A stretch of DNA of 64,000 bases from Candidatus Kerfeldbacteria bacterium (GCA_016193315.1 JACPSJ010000001.1:155981-219980), one strand, 5' to 3'. Positions 37,768 through 48,828 are shown, counted from the stretch's first letter. Notes: generated from the sequence alone by a model not told the origin. Numbers and translations are program-made.

Positions 37768-38838
37768 TTACCTCAATTCGGATGGGTTGGCCATGTAGGC
37801 CAGCGCGGTCTCCTCACTGATCATCCCGTCGAGGTAGAGTTTCTTGATGTTCTGGTCCATGGTGAACATCCCATCCTCGGCGCTGGTTTGGATGGCGGTC
37901 TTGACTTGGGCGATTTTGTTTTCGCGGATCAAGTTGGCGATGGCCGGGGTGTTGATGAGAACCTCGCGAGCGGCCAGGCGTCCGCCGCGAGACGATTGCA
38001 TCAGCTGTTGCGAAATGATGCCGCGCAGGAAGAGCGAGATCTGCAGTCGGACCTGGGATTGTTGATACGGCGGGAAGACATCAATAATCCGGTCGACCGT
38101 TTGGGCAGCGTTGAGCGTGTGCAGGGTGGCCAACACCAGGTGGCCGGTTTCGGCCAGGGTGATGGTCGAGGCGATCGTCTCGAGGTCGCGCATCTCGCCG
38201 ACCAGAATGACGTTTGGATCCTGCCGCAGAACGTGTTTCAACCCTTGGGCAAAGCTCATGATGTCCATACCGAGTTGCCGTTGCTTGATGATGGCTTTCT
38301 TCGGGCTGTAGAGGAACTCGATGGGGTCTTCGAGGGTGACGATGTGGACCGAGCGTTCGTGGTTGATAAGGTTGATCATCGCCGCCAGGGTGGTTGATTT
38401 TCCCATGCCGGTCGGACCGGTGACCAGTACCAAGCCCTGCTTCAGCCGACACAGATCGTAGGTGATCGGTGGCATCCCGAGCTCCTCCATGGTGGGGATC
38501 TTGTTGCTGATCACCCGGGCTACCAGGCCGGCGTTGTTCTTCTCCCAATGGAGGTTAACGCGAAAACGCGAGAGGCCATGAATTTCATACCCCAAATCGA
38601 GCTCGCGCTCGGTATCGAATACTTCCCGCTGCTGGTCCGTCAGCATACTATAGCAGATGTCGAGCGTGTCGCGGCCGGTCAGCGGTCGATAGTCCTTGAG
38701 CGGGCGGAGTTCGCCGTTAATCCGGAGGATTGGCGGCAAGCCCTCAACGATGTGGACGTCAGAAGCGGCGTGGTCAACGCCGATCCGGAAGATGGTATCA
38801 ATGAATTTTTCGCTGGCCACCATGGCGTGCGTGTCCAC
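37768..38838 (-). CDS. pilT: Type IV pilus twitching-motility ATPase PilT
   Basis: Walker A GPTGMGKST, Asp box, His box, PilT signature AIANLIRENK. Confidence 0.85.
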   Translation of the reverse strand: MDTHAMVASEKFIDTIFRIGVDHAASDVHIVEGLPPILRINGELRPLKDYRPLTGRDTLDICYSMLTDQQREVFDTERELDLGYEIHGLSRFRVNLHWEKNNAGLVARVISNKIPTMEELGMPPITYDLCRLKQGLVLVTGPTGMGKSTTLAAMINLINHERSVHIVTLEDPIEFLYSPKKAIIKQRQLGMDIMSFAQGLKHVLRQDPNVILVGEMRDLETIASTITLAETGHLVLATLHTLNAAQTVDRIIDVFPPYQQSQVRLQISLFLRGIISQQLMQSSRGGRLAAREVLINTPAIANLIRENKIAQVKTAIQTSAEDGMFTMDQNIKKLYLDGMISEETALAYMANPSELR

Positions 38839-38888
38839 CCCAGCTTACCATCGTTTTGACCGACGGTCAAACGCGATGCTAGACTGGA

Positions 38889-39143
38889 TTGGTGAACGGT
38901 CCGACCGCACCCAACCAACAGCCAGACGTCCGACGCGAAGTTCGTAACCAAATCGTCACCCTGCTGCTGGGCGGATTGAGCCTGGTAGCCGCGTTGGCCT
39001 GGAATGAGGCAATTCTTGGCTTGTTTCGGGAACTTTTCCCGCAGGGTGGGGGACTCGTCTATAAGTTTGGGTACGCAATCGTGGTCACGGTATTGATCGT
39101 GCTGATCTCGACCCGGCTACGCCGGTTCTTAAACAAACAATAA
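38889..39143 (+). CDS. Small 2-TM membrane protein
   Basis: 84-aa ORF with two hydrophobic helices. Confidence 0.35.
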   Translation: MVNGPTAPNQQPDVRREVRNQIVTLLLGGLSLVAALAWNEAILGLFRELFPQGGGLVYKFGYAIVVTVLIVLISTRLRRFLNKQ

Positions 39144-39184
39144 ATCGCCCAACCGAAGAGTTGGTTGGAAACTGCGGCCGCGCG

Positions 39185-39970
39185 TTACCCTGAAGCCAGC
39201 GCGCGGTCGAGTTCGGTCTTGACTTGGCTATACGGCAGGGCGCCGGGGAAAACCGTAATGGTCTTACCATCCCGGCCGACGACAAACGTGGTCGGTGTGC
39301 CGCCCGCCCCGGCATTAGTACCGTCCGCGGTTTCGGCCTGGACGCGGGCCGCCATCTGGCCGCTGTCAAGGCAGTCTTTGAACTTGGATTCGTTCACCCC
39401 GACTTCTTTGGCCAGGGCCGGCAGCTGTTCGAGCGAGAACCCGGTGCCGTTCGAAGCGGTCCGTTCGAAGATCTTGTCGGTGAAATCCCAGAACGCGTTG
39501 CTGTCGCCGAGGCTGCCGACGCACAAGCCGGCCTCGGCTTCCTTGGCCGCGTTGGCATGAAAACTGAGTGGGAAGTGACGATAGACCCAGGCGACCTGGT
39601 CCTTGTAATCAGTCATCACCTGCTGCATGGTCGGATGGAAGCTCTTGCAGAACGGACACTCGTAGTCCGAATACTCGATTAAGGTCAGCTTGGCGTTCGG
39701 CGACCCGCGGACGTAATCATCATCGCCGACGACCTTGACGTTGCCGTAGCTCGGCTGGCTGGTGGTTGAACTATTCGTCGGGGTGGTCGTGGCGGCACTC
39801 TTCTTCGTTGCTCCCGAAGCCCGCGGCAAGAGAATGAAGATACTAACCAAGGTCGCTGCCGCGACGCCGGCGATGACGCCGAAAATAAAGGCCAGCTGCG
39901 GCGAAGTGCCTTGCCAGATGCTGCCGACTAGTTTGGGAGTTGGTGTTGGGTGTGGCGCTGGGTGTTCCAT
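39185..39970 (-). CDS. DsbA-family thiol:disulfide oxidoreductase, membrane-anchored
   Basis: N-terminal TM; CPFC active site (LIEYSDYECPFCKSF). Confidence 0.75.
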   Translation of the reverse strand: MEHPAPHPTPTPKLVGSIWQGTSPQLAFIFGVIAGVAAATLVSIFILLPRASGATKKSAATTTPTNSSTTSQPSYGNVKVVGDDDYVRGSPNAKLTLIEYSDYECPFCKSFHPTMQQVMTDYKDQVAWVYRHFPLSFHANAAKEAEAGLCVGSLGDSNAFWDFTDKIFERTASNGTGFSLEQLPALAKEVGVNESKFKDCLDSGQMAARVQAETADGTNAGAGGTPTTFVVGRDGKTITVFPGALPYSQVKTELDRALASG

Positions 39971-40044
39971 GGGGAAAACGGGGCTAGGCTACTACAATGT
40001 GTAGTATACAGAGTCGCACCAGGGCGCGCAAGGGGAGAAAAGAA

Positions 40045-40308
40045 TCATATTTCCGGAGCCGGGTAGAGGCGTTTGCCGGATTGATCGTAAAGGTAGATCG
40101 CTAAGGTCGGGCAGACCTTAGCGGCGTTGAGGAATTCCTCATCGCTGGCGCGGTGATTGGGTTTGAGAATGGCCTTGTTCTCTTTATCGAGCGCAAAGGC
40201 GGCCGGCAGAACGTTGACGCACGACGCCGCGCCAATGCAGAACTCGCGGTCGATTTCGACGCGAGCGATGCGATTCGTGGTTGGGCCCTGACTTTCATCC
40301 ATGACCAT
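40045..40308 (-). CDS. Small ferredoxin
   Basis: 87 aa; Cys pattern CIGAASC...CP typical of single-cluster Fd. Confidence 0.6.
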   Translation of the reverse strand: MVMDESQGPTTNRIARVEIDREFCIGAASCVNVLPAAFALDKENKAILKPNHRASDEEFLNAAKVCPTLAIYLYDQSGKRLYPAPEI

Positions 40309-40752
40309 GGCAGCCTACCATGGCTTTACGCATCCAGGCAAAGCCTCCGGCGTTGGCCATAAAACGCAGACATGGTACAAGAAGGCCGTTGTTCCGTCCC
40401 GATCTTTCCACCATCGCCCGCCCGGTACGCCGGACCCCTAACGCTCGACGTTTTTGGAGTCAGCTTGGGCGATGGCCCGGTCAAGGGCCTGACACACGAA
40501 GCAGGTCCCGGTTGGGTCATCGACTTTGAGAGCTCCCCGCCGCGTTACACCTCGAACATGGAGTTCCTGGTCGATGCTCGTGTCTTAGCGACACCTGCCT
40601 AACCGGCGGGTGTTTTTCTTTCGGCCCCCTCACCGCTACCTAGTCGAGAACGCTAGGCGGCCGTTGACAGCTGCACGCGAACTTGGTTCTATGAATCCAT
40701 CCTACAGCTACTCGTCCTTTTTTGTCCCGCCCAAACCTGATGGAGGCGTACC

Positions 40753-41244
40753 ATGCGACTGACCATCCCCACCGATGTCCGCGATCAATTTCGCCCCCTG
40801 CTCTGGCCCGGATTAGGAGCACTCGTTCTCGTGACCATCGTGATCCTCGCCACGCAACTTGGTTTGGTCAAGCCGGGTCCTCAGCCGACGGACTACTCAG
40901 TTCCGGTGACAGTCACGGACCAGGCCGGTACGCGCGTCGAGAGTCGGGGACTGCCTCTGCCGGCGGTAGACGACAGCCTCGTTCGTGAGGTGAGCGAGGT
41001 TCGCGGTATCATCCGGCTGTTTCCGAAAGGCGGCAATGAATACCAGGCCCTCATTCGGTCCGAACGGGATCGTTTCCGCTTCTACCAGATTTACAGCAAT
41101 GCGAGAGAGGTGGCTGTAGTAATCGATCAGCCGCCGGAAGCCGATGGTTGGTACCACGAGGTATGGTACCAGTACGATCAGGTCGAGGCCATCTTCCATT
41201 TACCGACGACGGCCATGATTGGCGGATCGATGCGGAATGAGTAA
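40753..41244 (+). CDS. Hypothetical membrane-anchored protein
   Basis: 163-aa ORF with one N-terminal TM helix. Confidence 0.35.
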   Translation: MRLTIPTDVRDQFRPLLWPGLGALVLVTIVILATQLGLVKPGPQPTDYSVPVTVTDQAGTRVESRGLPLPAVDDSLVREVSEVRGIIRLFPKGGNEYQALIRSERDRFRFYQIYSNAREVAVVIDQPPEADGWYHEVWYQYDQVEAIFHLPTTAMIGGSMRNE

Positions 41245-41311
41245 GTGCCTGGACTAGCTCTCGCTAACCAAGACCCACCCACCGACAGGACGGTGGGATT
41301 TTTTCGATCGG

Positions 41312-41563
41312 CTACTCCTGTTCCAGAATTTTCTTGTCGTGCCCGGTATCGAGCAACGCCATCGCCTCCGACCAGCGATGTCGCAGCTTGTCTTCCAGCT
41401 CCTCAATGTTGGCGTCGTCGTCGAGTTCGCCCGCTTCCCGTTTTTCCTCCAACACCTCTTCAACCAAATCAAAGTACGCCTGTTGCTCAAAGGCGCCTTC
41501 TTCCTGCATGCGGTTGATTATTTCGTGGAAAACTTCGTTCAGGTCGAAGGTCAGGTTTTGCAC
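41312..41563 (-). CDS. Small acidic hypothetical protein
   Basis: 83-aa ORF, highly acidic, helical. Confidence 0.35.
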   Translation of the reverse strand: MQNLTFDLNEVFHEIINRMQEEGAFEQQAYFDLVEEVLEEKREAGELDDDANIEELEDKLRHRWSEAMALLDTGHDKKILEQE

Positions 41564-41968
41564 GCCGGGATCATAGCACGGATCGATCTAGAGAGTGAAG
41601 TTATCAAATTTCCGCGAGTAACTAGAACTCATTCCAAATCCTGCTTTCAGGGCGAAATGGCAGATTTCGCGGGCGCGGCGCCGCGGCGGAGGGTGAAATG
41701 TATTTGGAGATACACTGAACCCGAGCCGCCAGCCGGAGCCCGAAATCTGGCCTGGCAGCCGAAATGAGGTTTTGCAATGAGTTCTAGTCAAAAGTAGTGT
41801 ATATTCTTTTTCTGCTTGTCGATCGTCAAAGACCTGCGTACATGGTTGCTCACGTTACGAGACTTCCGCCTCCCCGCGCTCACGCGCCGAGACAAGCGTC
41901 GGCGTGGAGCGCGAGTTGCCTAGCGGGGCGGTAGCATGCGGGGGATGCTTCTCCCGTTCAGCGGGGGA

Positions 41969-42211
41969 CTACTGTTTCTCGTCGTCCATCCTCGGCGGCA
42001 GCGCCTCAAGGAGACGCTTGGCGAAGGCCAGAAGCTCAATCGCTCTGGCCCAGGCCTGGCGATTCGTGAGCACCACGCCGAACTCCTTGGCGATGATCTG
42101 TCGCAAGCGATCGACCTCCTGTTGGGTAAGGCCCAAAGCGCCAGTTTCAGGACCGATCGCGTCCCGGATGCTTTCTGGCATGTCGTTCAGACTGTCCCTT
42201 CGCTGAGACAT
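41969..42211 (-). CDS. Hypothetical small protein
   Basis: 80-aa ORF only. Confidence 0.25.
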   Translation of the reverse strand: MSQRRDSLNDMPESIRDAIGPETGALGLTQQEVDRLRQIIAKEFGVVLTNRQAWARAIELLAFAKRLLEALPPRMDDEKQ

Positions 42212-43508
42212 AGGCTCATGGGTTGGTGGATAAACCCATCGAGCCCAGCAGAGAGAGTGATAGCTGGAGGAATGCGCGAAAAACCCTCTCGGATGGAGGG
42301 CTGCTCTGTGATGTGGAAGCTACCTAGACGAGTTTCAGGTCTTCGTCGCTAACGACGCGCTTGGACATGAGTACTTCAGCCAGCCGATCGTGGCGGGCTT
42401 TCAAGACGGCAAACTCTTGATGCCAGTCTTCGGTTCGCTTCAGGTAGCGGTCGACCGCGCTGTGAAGGTCAAAGACACTCTCACGAGTGGTTGCGCCCTC
42501 GTCTTGCACCAGCGCCTTCAGCTCGCGGATATCTGCTGTCAGTCCCGCCATATCTTCTTTCGTGGCTTGGTTGGCGTTGCTTGTAGGCGTGTCCATAATC
42601 AATAATAGAACTTGTGCTTCGTAGAGTATCATAGCGAGGCAACTCGTCAAGGCCAGATCTGATGAAGTATTTGTACGCACGTCCTCGCTTCTGTGGAGTT
42701 GCGTGGCTCCCTTCCTCGTCACGACATCGTCTCCAGTCAGACTCCCGCTCGGTAGAGCGAAAAGCCTGGGCTCAATCCACACTGTGCACTATACTCAGTG
42801 CGTTAACCCCTCTGCTTGAACAGAAGAAGAACCAAGAAGATTCTCCGGCGTAGCCGGATCCGCCTTGCCCGGCTCCCGCCGTGGCTCCGCCGGAAAGCGC
42901 CGGCCAAACTTGCTCGCCTCGTATCTCACGCCAGGCTCGCTCGGACAGTGGCCGGCGCGGGTTTTGGGTACTTTCAATGTCGTTCTTGCAGCGGAGTTGA
43001 CTGAGTGGATGGAGTTGAGAAGCACGAGAACGAAGAAGCCCCCTTCGTATCCCTGAGCTCGCGTTCTAGAACCGTCCCCGGCGGCCGCGCGAGGCCCGAC
43101 AAAGAAAACACCGCCTCGAAGTCCGCGCAGGGTCTCTGGGACCCAAAGCCCGGGCGGCACCAGAGATCCCTCGCCGGTTACCGCGCGACGGTGCTAGGAT
43201 TGGGCTCGGGAATATGGCCGTATGCCTGAGCCCACGTGTTAGAATCGTGTTCTGTATCGGCGCCGCGCCCGACTAGGAAAATACTGTTTCGAAGCCCGCC
43301 CAGGGCCCCCTCCGCCACAAAGCCAGCGGCGAGCCGTTTCCTCGACCGCCCCGTCTCCGCCATGCGGCGGAGCCACCCCGCCTAAGATAGGCGGGGATGT
43401 TGTGGCCTCGCCACTAGTAGATCTCCTCCCTTTTTTCCCTCAGGAATCCCAAACTCCCTCCCCACCCATCCTCCCCTCAGGCAGGGGAGGCCAACGCCCA
43501 AGGGCATG

Positions 43509-45155
43509 TTAGTATATCTCCTCTCTTTTCTCCCTGAGGAAGCCGAGGAAACCTTCCGTCGCCTCGAGGAACGCCTTGAACGGCGCCTCGATGATGACAT
43601 CGAGGAAGAAAATGAATACATTGATCTTCGGCGCCCGTAAGGCGATCCAGCGACCAACCTGCAGGATCGGCACGGTCAGGAAATCGAATAGTACAGTGAA
43701 GATGTTTTCACGTTGGTCGACGACGAGCAACTCCTTGGCCAATAGGCGAACGCGAATGCCGAAGAAGCTGACGATGGTCAGGAAGAGCAAGAAGATGAAG
43801 GTGCTGACCGGGGTGAAGTGGTAGTAGGTCAACATGGCGATTAGGAAACCGAAGACGACGAAGAACGTCAGACCGTAGACGATCCGGTAGATGGCGGTGA
43901 ACAAGGCGCTGCGGCGAATCGGTTTACGCGGTTTGACCAGGGCGTGCCGCTCATCGCCGCGATAGACGAGATCCTGAACTTTGGCCATCACCGCCTGTTC
44001 GTTCTTCCGACCCGGCGGCCGGATGGTGATGCCGATGAGGAGTAGCAGCAGCGGCGGGAAAACGGTGTTGATGATCAGCGGCGTGTAATCGATGTTCTGA
44101 CCGAAGAACAGGCGGTCGACCGGCACCTCGATCACCAGCGTCAACAGCATCTTGGTCAGGAAGACGTAGATGATCGAACGGATCACGTTACGGGCGATTT
44201 TCCAGGTCACCGTTTTCCGTCGCCCCGCGTAGGCGGTGGCGATAGTTTCCACCAGCTCGTCCGGCTGGCTGAGGAGGGTCGGGCCGGCTGAGTCCTCGGT
44301 TTTGATGATGTCGCCCAGCAGCAGAAAGATGATAGTATATTTTTTCATCAGCCGCTGGAGCAGTTCGCCGGCGGGATGGAGCAGTTGAGATTCGATGTGT
44401 TGTCGAATCTGCGGCAGGGCCCGGCCCAGACGTTGAATCACTTCCGCGCTCGGTTGTTGCCATTCTGGGTGCTGGCGGAGAAAGAGGTGGAAGCGGATGA
44501 TGTTCGAGTCGGACTTCAGCAGGGCCCGGTGGATGGCGACGTAGAGCTGAGTATTTTTCTCGGCCTCGCCCATTTCCCCCTCGGCAAAGGCGATGTCGCG
44601 GTGGGTGACGTGGAACATCAGATGAACCAGCGCTTCATCGTGTGTCGGCGGAGTGAATAGCTCGTTCAGCTGCACGGCCAACAAGCCAAGATACCAATCG
44701 AACAAGCGTTGCTGATCGCGCTCGTTAGGCTGCGTCGGCGCGGCCGACCACAGATGGATGTAGCGGTTGATGATTTCCTCCGCTTGCTGGATGACCGTCG
44801 TCGGCAGGGTATTGTTCGGCAGGTAGCGGCCGCGGATTAGCTCGAGGACCAGCGGGTCGGCTAGCTGTTCAGCGGTCACACCCGAGGTCAGTCGACGCCG
44901 CAAAATTCTCTCGATGGCGTTCTTCCGGAGGAGGTGCTCGTCTTGGTAATCGATGGCTTGGCGCAGCTTTTCATAGGCCCAGGCGACATTGCTGACCGTG
45001 TCGTGTACTTCGATCTTCGGCACGTCTTCGTCTATCTGTGCGCTCGACTGCTTGGCCAGCGTCTCCACCATTCGACTGACCGATGGCGTCAAAGACTTCG
45101 GTGGGGTCGGTTCCGGCGTCCGGCTGGTCGGCAGGATTTTCGGCAGATACGGCAT
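43509..45155 (-). CDS. Large hypothetical membrane protein (soluble N-terminal ~270 aa, 6+ TM C-terminal half)
   Basis: 548-aa ORF; followed by GC hairpin terminator-like element at ~43440-43480. Confidence 0.5.
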   Translation of the reverse strand: MPYLPKILPTSRTPEPTPPKSLTPSVSRMVETLAKQSSAQIDEDVPKIEVHDTVSNVAWAYEKLRQAIDYQDEHLLRKNAIERILRRRLTSGVTAEQLADPLVLELIRGRYLPNNTLPTTVIQQAEEIINRYIHLWSAAPTQPNERDQQRLFDWYLGLLAVQLNELFTPPTHDEALVHLMFHVTHRDIAFAEGEMGEAEKNTQLYVAIHRALLKSDSNIIRFHLFLRQHPEWQQPSAEVIQRLGRALPQIRQHIESQLLHPAGELLQRLMKKYTIIFLLLGDIIKTEDSAGPTLLSQPDELVETIATAYAGRRKTVTWKIARNVIRSIIYVFLTKMLLTLVIEVPVDRLFFGQNIDYTPLIINTVFPPLLLLLIGITIRPPGRKNEQAVMAKVQDLVYRGDERHALVKPRKPIRRSALFTAIYRIVYGLTFFVVFGFLIAMLTYYHFTPVSTFIFLLFLTIVSFFGIRVRLLAKELLVVDQRENIFTVLFDFLTVPILQVGRWIALRAPKINVFIFFLDVIIEAPFKAFLEATEGFLGFLREKREEIY

Positions 45156-45209
45156 CCCGTTAGAGTTCTTGGACGGCGCTGTGCATCATCTCACGATCAT
45201 CCTCCGGCG

Positions 45210-45926
45210 CTAGGTGAAGCGAACGATCAAGTCGAAGATGACGGTCAACAAGATTTGGGTGGCCGCCACCGGCACGAAGGAACGAGTTTGCCAAGCCATC
45301 CAGGCCAGGAGCACGGTTAGTGGCGCGGCAAAGTAGCGGATCGAACCAGGGACCGCCAGTTGCCCGGCGGCCAAGATCAGTCCGACCAGCAAAACGGCCG
45401 CCCACGGCTTGAGCAGGTGGGTCAGGCGAAAGAGAAGGAGGCCAGTAAAGAAGGCGGCTTGGGCCAGGATGATGATGGCCACCGCGCCCTGGCCAAGGAA
45501 CCACGACGACCAAGGCAGCTGTGGCGCCACCGCCACATACTGATCTGGTTGCTTAACGGACAGGAACAAGATTAGTGGTAGGCAGGCCATGATGATAACC
45601 GCCGCGCCAAAGAAGGCGGGTTGCCGCGGCCGTTCCGGCGGTTGCCAGCCGAGGTGTTCCAACTTCAACGCCGGCCAGGCGTCACGGAGAACGGTGACTG
45701 GCAAAACGAGCAGGAGCAGAACGCTGCCCAACAGACGAATCAGGACCGGCAGTGGCAAGAGGAGAAAAATCAAGCCAATCACGGCGGTGGTCAGGAGGAA
45801 CGTCACCTCACCGCCGACGTGGTAGGGGCGGTAGCGGTGAGGAGCGATCGCTTGGAGTTGGGCCAGGGGTGCCTTGCTTTTCGTCCGAACCGGTCGACGC
45901 CCGGCGTTCCGTTTCGCAGTAGCCAA
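45210..45926 (-). CDS. Polytopic hypothetical membrane protein
   Basis: 238 aa, 6 predicted TM helices. Confidence 0.45.
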   Translation of the reverse strand: MATAKRNAGRRPVRTKSKAPLAQLQAIAPHRYRPYHVGGEVTFLLTTAVIGLIFLLLPLPVLIRLLGSVLLLLVLPVTVLRDAWPALKLEHLGWQPPERPRQPAFFGAAVIIMACLPLILFLSVKQPDQYVAVAPQLPWSSWFLGQGAVAIIILAQAAFFTGLLLFRLTHLLKPWAAVLLVGLILAAGQLAVPGSIRYFAAPLTVLLAWMAWQTRSFVPVAATQILLTVIFDLIVRFT

Positions 45927-46011
45927 GGATGGAGAAAATAAAAAATGACTATATGAGTATACTGGGGCAAAGCAAAAAAATCAACCGCCGCAGTCCACGT
46001 GAGCTATGGTT

Positions 46012-46869
46012 TTAGTTTATGCCCGACGATGTATGTTCGAGTGCTCGAATGGCGCGGAACTTTCGCCAACAGTAGAGACCGCCGCCAGCAATGAGCATGA
46101 ATAAGGGTACGTTTAGGAAGTAATCAATCGCACGAATGAAGGGACGAGGAACGAAGCTCAGGGAAAACCAGAGGAGGAGTAAGGTGAATACCGCGGCCAA
46201 GAGTAATTGGAATCGCAGGTGCTGACGGTACCGAGGGTTGGGAATATGTCGGGACGACCATGAGGACAAAAAGACGCCGACAAAACCGGCCGCCGCAGCC
46301 ATCGTGGTAGTCAGCAGAGCAATAAAGAGGGCGCTGAAGACCAGGCCACTGTTTGTATCCGGCACATCGATGTCTTGCCGCCCGGTATAAAGATCATTCA
46401 TCAACCCGAACGTCGCTCCGATAATCATGGTTATGATCCAGGTAGCGGTAAACAACCTGGCCGCTTGGTGGTAACGAGCGATGATTCGCCCCAGCAGGGC
46501 GGCCGAGACCAAAGGGAACAGAAGTTGGACATAGAGATACAATGAAAAACCACGATCGTCCTCCTGAAGGAGGTTCCAGCCCGGCCAATGGTGCCGGAAG
46601 CTGGCGAGTTCCCACCATTTCATGACGGCCACGAACACCACGTAGAGTATGGCCGCGGACGTGACTTTCCATGGCCGGTCAAGCAGGCCGAGGTACAAGC
46701 GATTGTAACCAGTAGCCATGTCCGCCGGACGACCGAGGGCTTGGTCCGGGTCGTCGTCAGGACCAAGTTCAAGTAAATGTGCTTTCAGTTCGGCAATAAG
46801 TTCGGCCCGCTTTGGTTGGCCGACGCGCAGAGCCGCCTCAAAGTTCGAAAGGTACTTGTTATGTGTCAT
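46012..46869 (-). CDS. DUF1700-like membrane protein (PadR-operon partner)
   Basis: N-terminal cytoplasmic helix segment (EAALRVGQPKRAELIAELKAHLLE) then 4-5 TM; 4-bp overlap with upstream PadR. Confidence 0.5.
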   Translation of the reverse strand: MTHNKYLSNFEAALRVGQPKRAELIAELKAHLLELGPDDDPDQALGRPADMATGYNRLYLGLLDRPWKVTSAAILYVVFVAVMKWWELASFRHHWPGWNLLQEDDRGFSLYLYVQLLFPLVSAALLGRIIARYHQAARLFTATWIITMIIGATFGLMNDLYTGRQDIDVPDTNSGLVFSALFIALLTTTMAAAAGFVGVFLSSWSSRHIPNPRYRQHLRFQLLLAAVFTLLLLWFSLSFVPRPFIRAIDYFLNVPLFMLIAGGGLYCWRKFRAIRALEHTSSGIN

Positions 46870-47240
46870 GTCGGCTGATGGATCATCCGTGAAACAAGCG
46901 ACGAAAACAGCCGCCAGTCGTGTTTCTTAGCTGCCAACATTCGCTGTCCGCGATGGGTCAGGGCGTAGACTTTACGATCTGCCCCCAGGATCCGTTGCCA
47001 GCGTCCGCGGATGAGTTTGTCTTTCTCCATCCGGTGGAGCAGCGGATAGATCATGCCGACCCCAAAACGGAAACTCTCCGGCATCCGCTGCCGCAAATGC
47101 TCGGACAGGGCGTAGCCATGCATCGGTCGCCTGGCCAGGGCGGCCAGAATGATCAGTTGGGAATGGCCCTTGAGAATTTCGCGGTTTAACCCCATATATC
47201 GTGTAACGATATTATGAGGCGCACAGAAACTAGCCGTCAA
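46866..47240 (-). CDS. PadR family transcriptional regulator
   Basis: Winged-helix pattern LIILAALARRPMHGYALSEHL...MIYPLLHRMEKDKLI. Confidence 0.8.
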   Translation of the reverse strand: MTASFCAPHNIVTRYMGLNREILKGHSQLIILAALARRPMHGYALSEHLRQRMPESFRFGVGMIYPLLHRMEKDKLIRGRWQRILGADRKVYALTHRGQRMLAAKKHDWRLFSSLVSRMIHQPT

Positions 47241-47258
47241 GCCGAGGCGGTGGATAGG

Positions 47259-47735
47259 TTACCCTAGTTTTCTGACTAGCTGCCCGGCCCACTCAAGCAC
47301 GCGCTGGCGATTATTCTTCAGATCGAAGAACCAACTGTCTATCCGGAGTGTCGGAATAATTGTATTTCCACCGACATCATGCACCAGCGTTTCCAGCAAA
47401 TCAGCGGCCTGGCAAAAATCGGTGTAGCCCCGGTCGCCTAGAGCGAAGACAGCGAAATGCTGTCGCGGAAGTTTCCGATCTTTCAGTTCCATGGCTAAAT
47501 CGTGCATGTGCTGCTGCAACTGGCCTTCCAAGCGTTTGCCATCAATGAATAGTTCCCAAGTGCACGAACCAAGAATAACCAAATCACGGCCGTCCAGATC
47601 AGCCGGCTTTGTGTCGCGAGCGTGTTGCATCACAACCTTGTGTTTGTGTTCAGACAGAACATCTTGGACGATCCGCGCGGCTTCGGCTGTGCCGCTGGAA
47701 TTGGTGGCGTAGACAATGAGAACCCTCATCTTCAT
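47259..47735 (-). CDS. Flavodoxin
   Basis: MKMRVLIVYATNSSGTAE FMN-phosphate-binding start; 158 aa. Confidence 0.7.
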   Translation of the reverse strand: MKMRVLIVYATNSSGTAEAARIVQDVLSEHKHKVVMQHARDTKPADLDGRDLVILGSCTWELFIDGKRLEGQLQQHMHDLAMELKDRKLPRQHFAVFALGDRGYTDFCQAADLLETLVHDVGGNTIIPTLRIDSWFFDLKNNRQRVLEWAGQLVRKLG

Positions 47736-47787
47736 TCGCTTATTCGTAGCATTCGTAGATGTTGTTCCATTCGTCTATTCGTAGATC

Positions 47788-48507
47788 TCAGTAGGTTGGG
47801 ATCACCGCTGGAATAGTGCCTTGTACATGGAGCCGTCCATTCTCGACCGCCATCCGGGCGATGGTGAGGTGAGGGATGTTTTTTATCAATCCCTCCGCAT
47901 AGGTGACTAGGCCCGCGGCAAAGGGACCGGGCGAGAGCGACAACCGCCCGAGTTCTGTCTTTTCGAGGGTCAATGAGGCCTGACCATCGGTGATCTCGCC
48001 TGTGCCACGCAGGTAGAAGATTGGATTGCCGAGTAAGTATCGGTCGAACACCGACAGAACTCCTAACTGGTCGACTTCATCAACGCCGGCCGCGCGGAGT
48101 AATCCGCGAATTCGTCCGCGATCGATCCGACCGGAGGCCTCGAAAGATCCGTCGTCATGGAATAGGAGTTGGAGATCTTTGACTGGGTGGATGGTCATGA
48201 AATGGGCGGCGTATTCGGCCGGCGTCAAGTTGGCATCAACGGATACCTCATCAGCGGCTTGCCAGATGGTATGCGGATCTTGTCCGCGGGCGAGTGCCAC
48301 TTGGGACTGGCCGAGCTTACTATTGGCGGACTGCAAATCCGCGGCGGTGACGGATACGCCCAGGTCCCGCGGCCGGTCCGAACCGAACAGTTTCGACACG
48401 CCGGGCAAGAAACCGTAGTAACCAAGCACGAGAGCTACCACGAGCACTGGCAGGACGAGAATCTTGATCAGCCGAATGACCAGTTTGCGTAGCCAGCCGA
48501 GGAGCAT
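47788..48507 (-). CDS. Hypothetical membrane-anchored protein
   Basis: 239-aa ORF with N-terminal TM. Confidence 0.4.
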   Translation of the reverse strand: MLLGWLRKLVIRLIKILVLPVLVVALVLGYYGFLPGVSKLFGSDRPRDLGVSVTAADLQSANSKLGQSQVALARGQDPHTIWQAADEVSVDANLTPAEYAAHFMTIHPVKDLQLLFHDDGSFEASGRIDRGRIRGLLRAAGVDEVDQLGVLSVFDRYLLGNPIFYLRGTGEITDGQASLTLEKTELGRLSLSPGPFAAGLVTYAEGLIKNIPHLTIARMAVENGRLHVQGTIPAVIPTY

Positions 48508-48755
48508 ACCTTTGTACTCTACTGCACTGAACTGTAAATGGCCAGGCGCGTATCGTTGAATTGACGGAGACGAGTTTTTGCGCTATTTTCTGCGTGCCGT
48601 GGTGACCATGGTGCCCCGTAAAGGTCGACCGGCGTAGCCGGTTTCCCCACGGGGCAAGTAGCGACAGTACCCCGCATAATTCCTCACTTTGAATGGTAAT
48701 CCGCGGGGCAGACAGGGGCTTGACAACCAGAGGCAAGGTATCTCGTGCTCAGGCC

Positions 48756-48828
48756 GGTGGCTATGGTGTAGCGGTAGCACAGGGGCTTGTGGAGCCCTTA
48801 GCACCGGTTCAAATCCGGTTAGCCACCC
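48756..48828 (+). tRNA. tRNA-His (anticodon GTG) with extra 5' G(-1)
   Basis: Acceptor GGTGGCT/AGCCACC, D-loop TAGCGGTAG, anticodon loop TTGTGGA, T-arm ACCGG-TTCAAAT-CCGGT. Confidence 0.8.
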
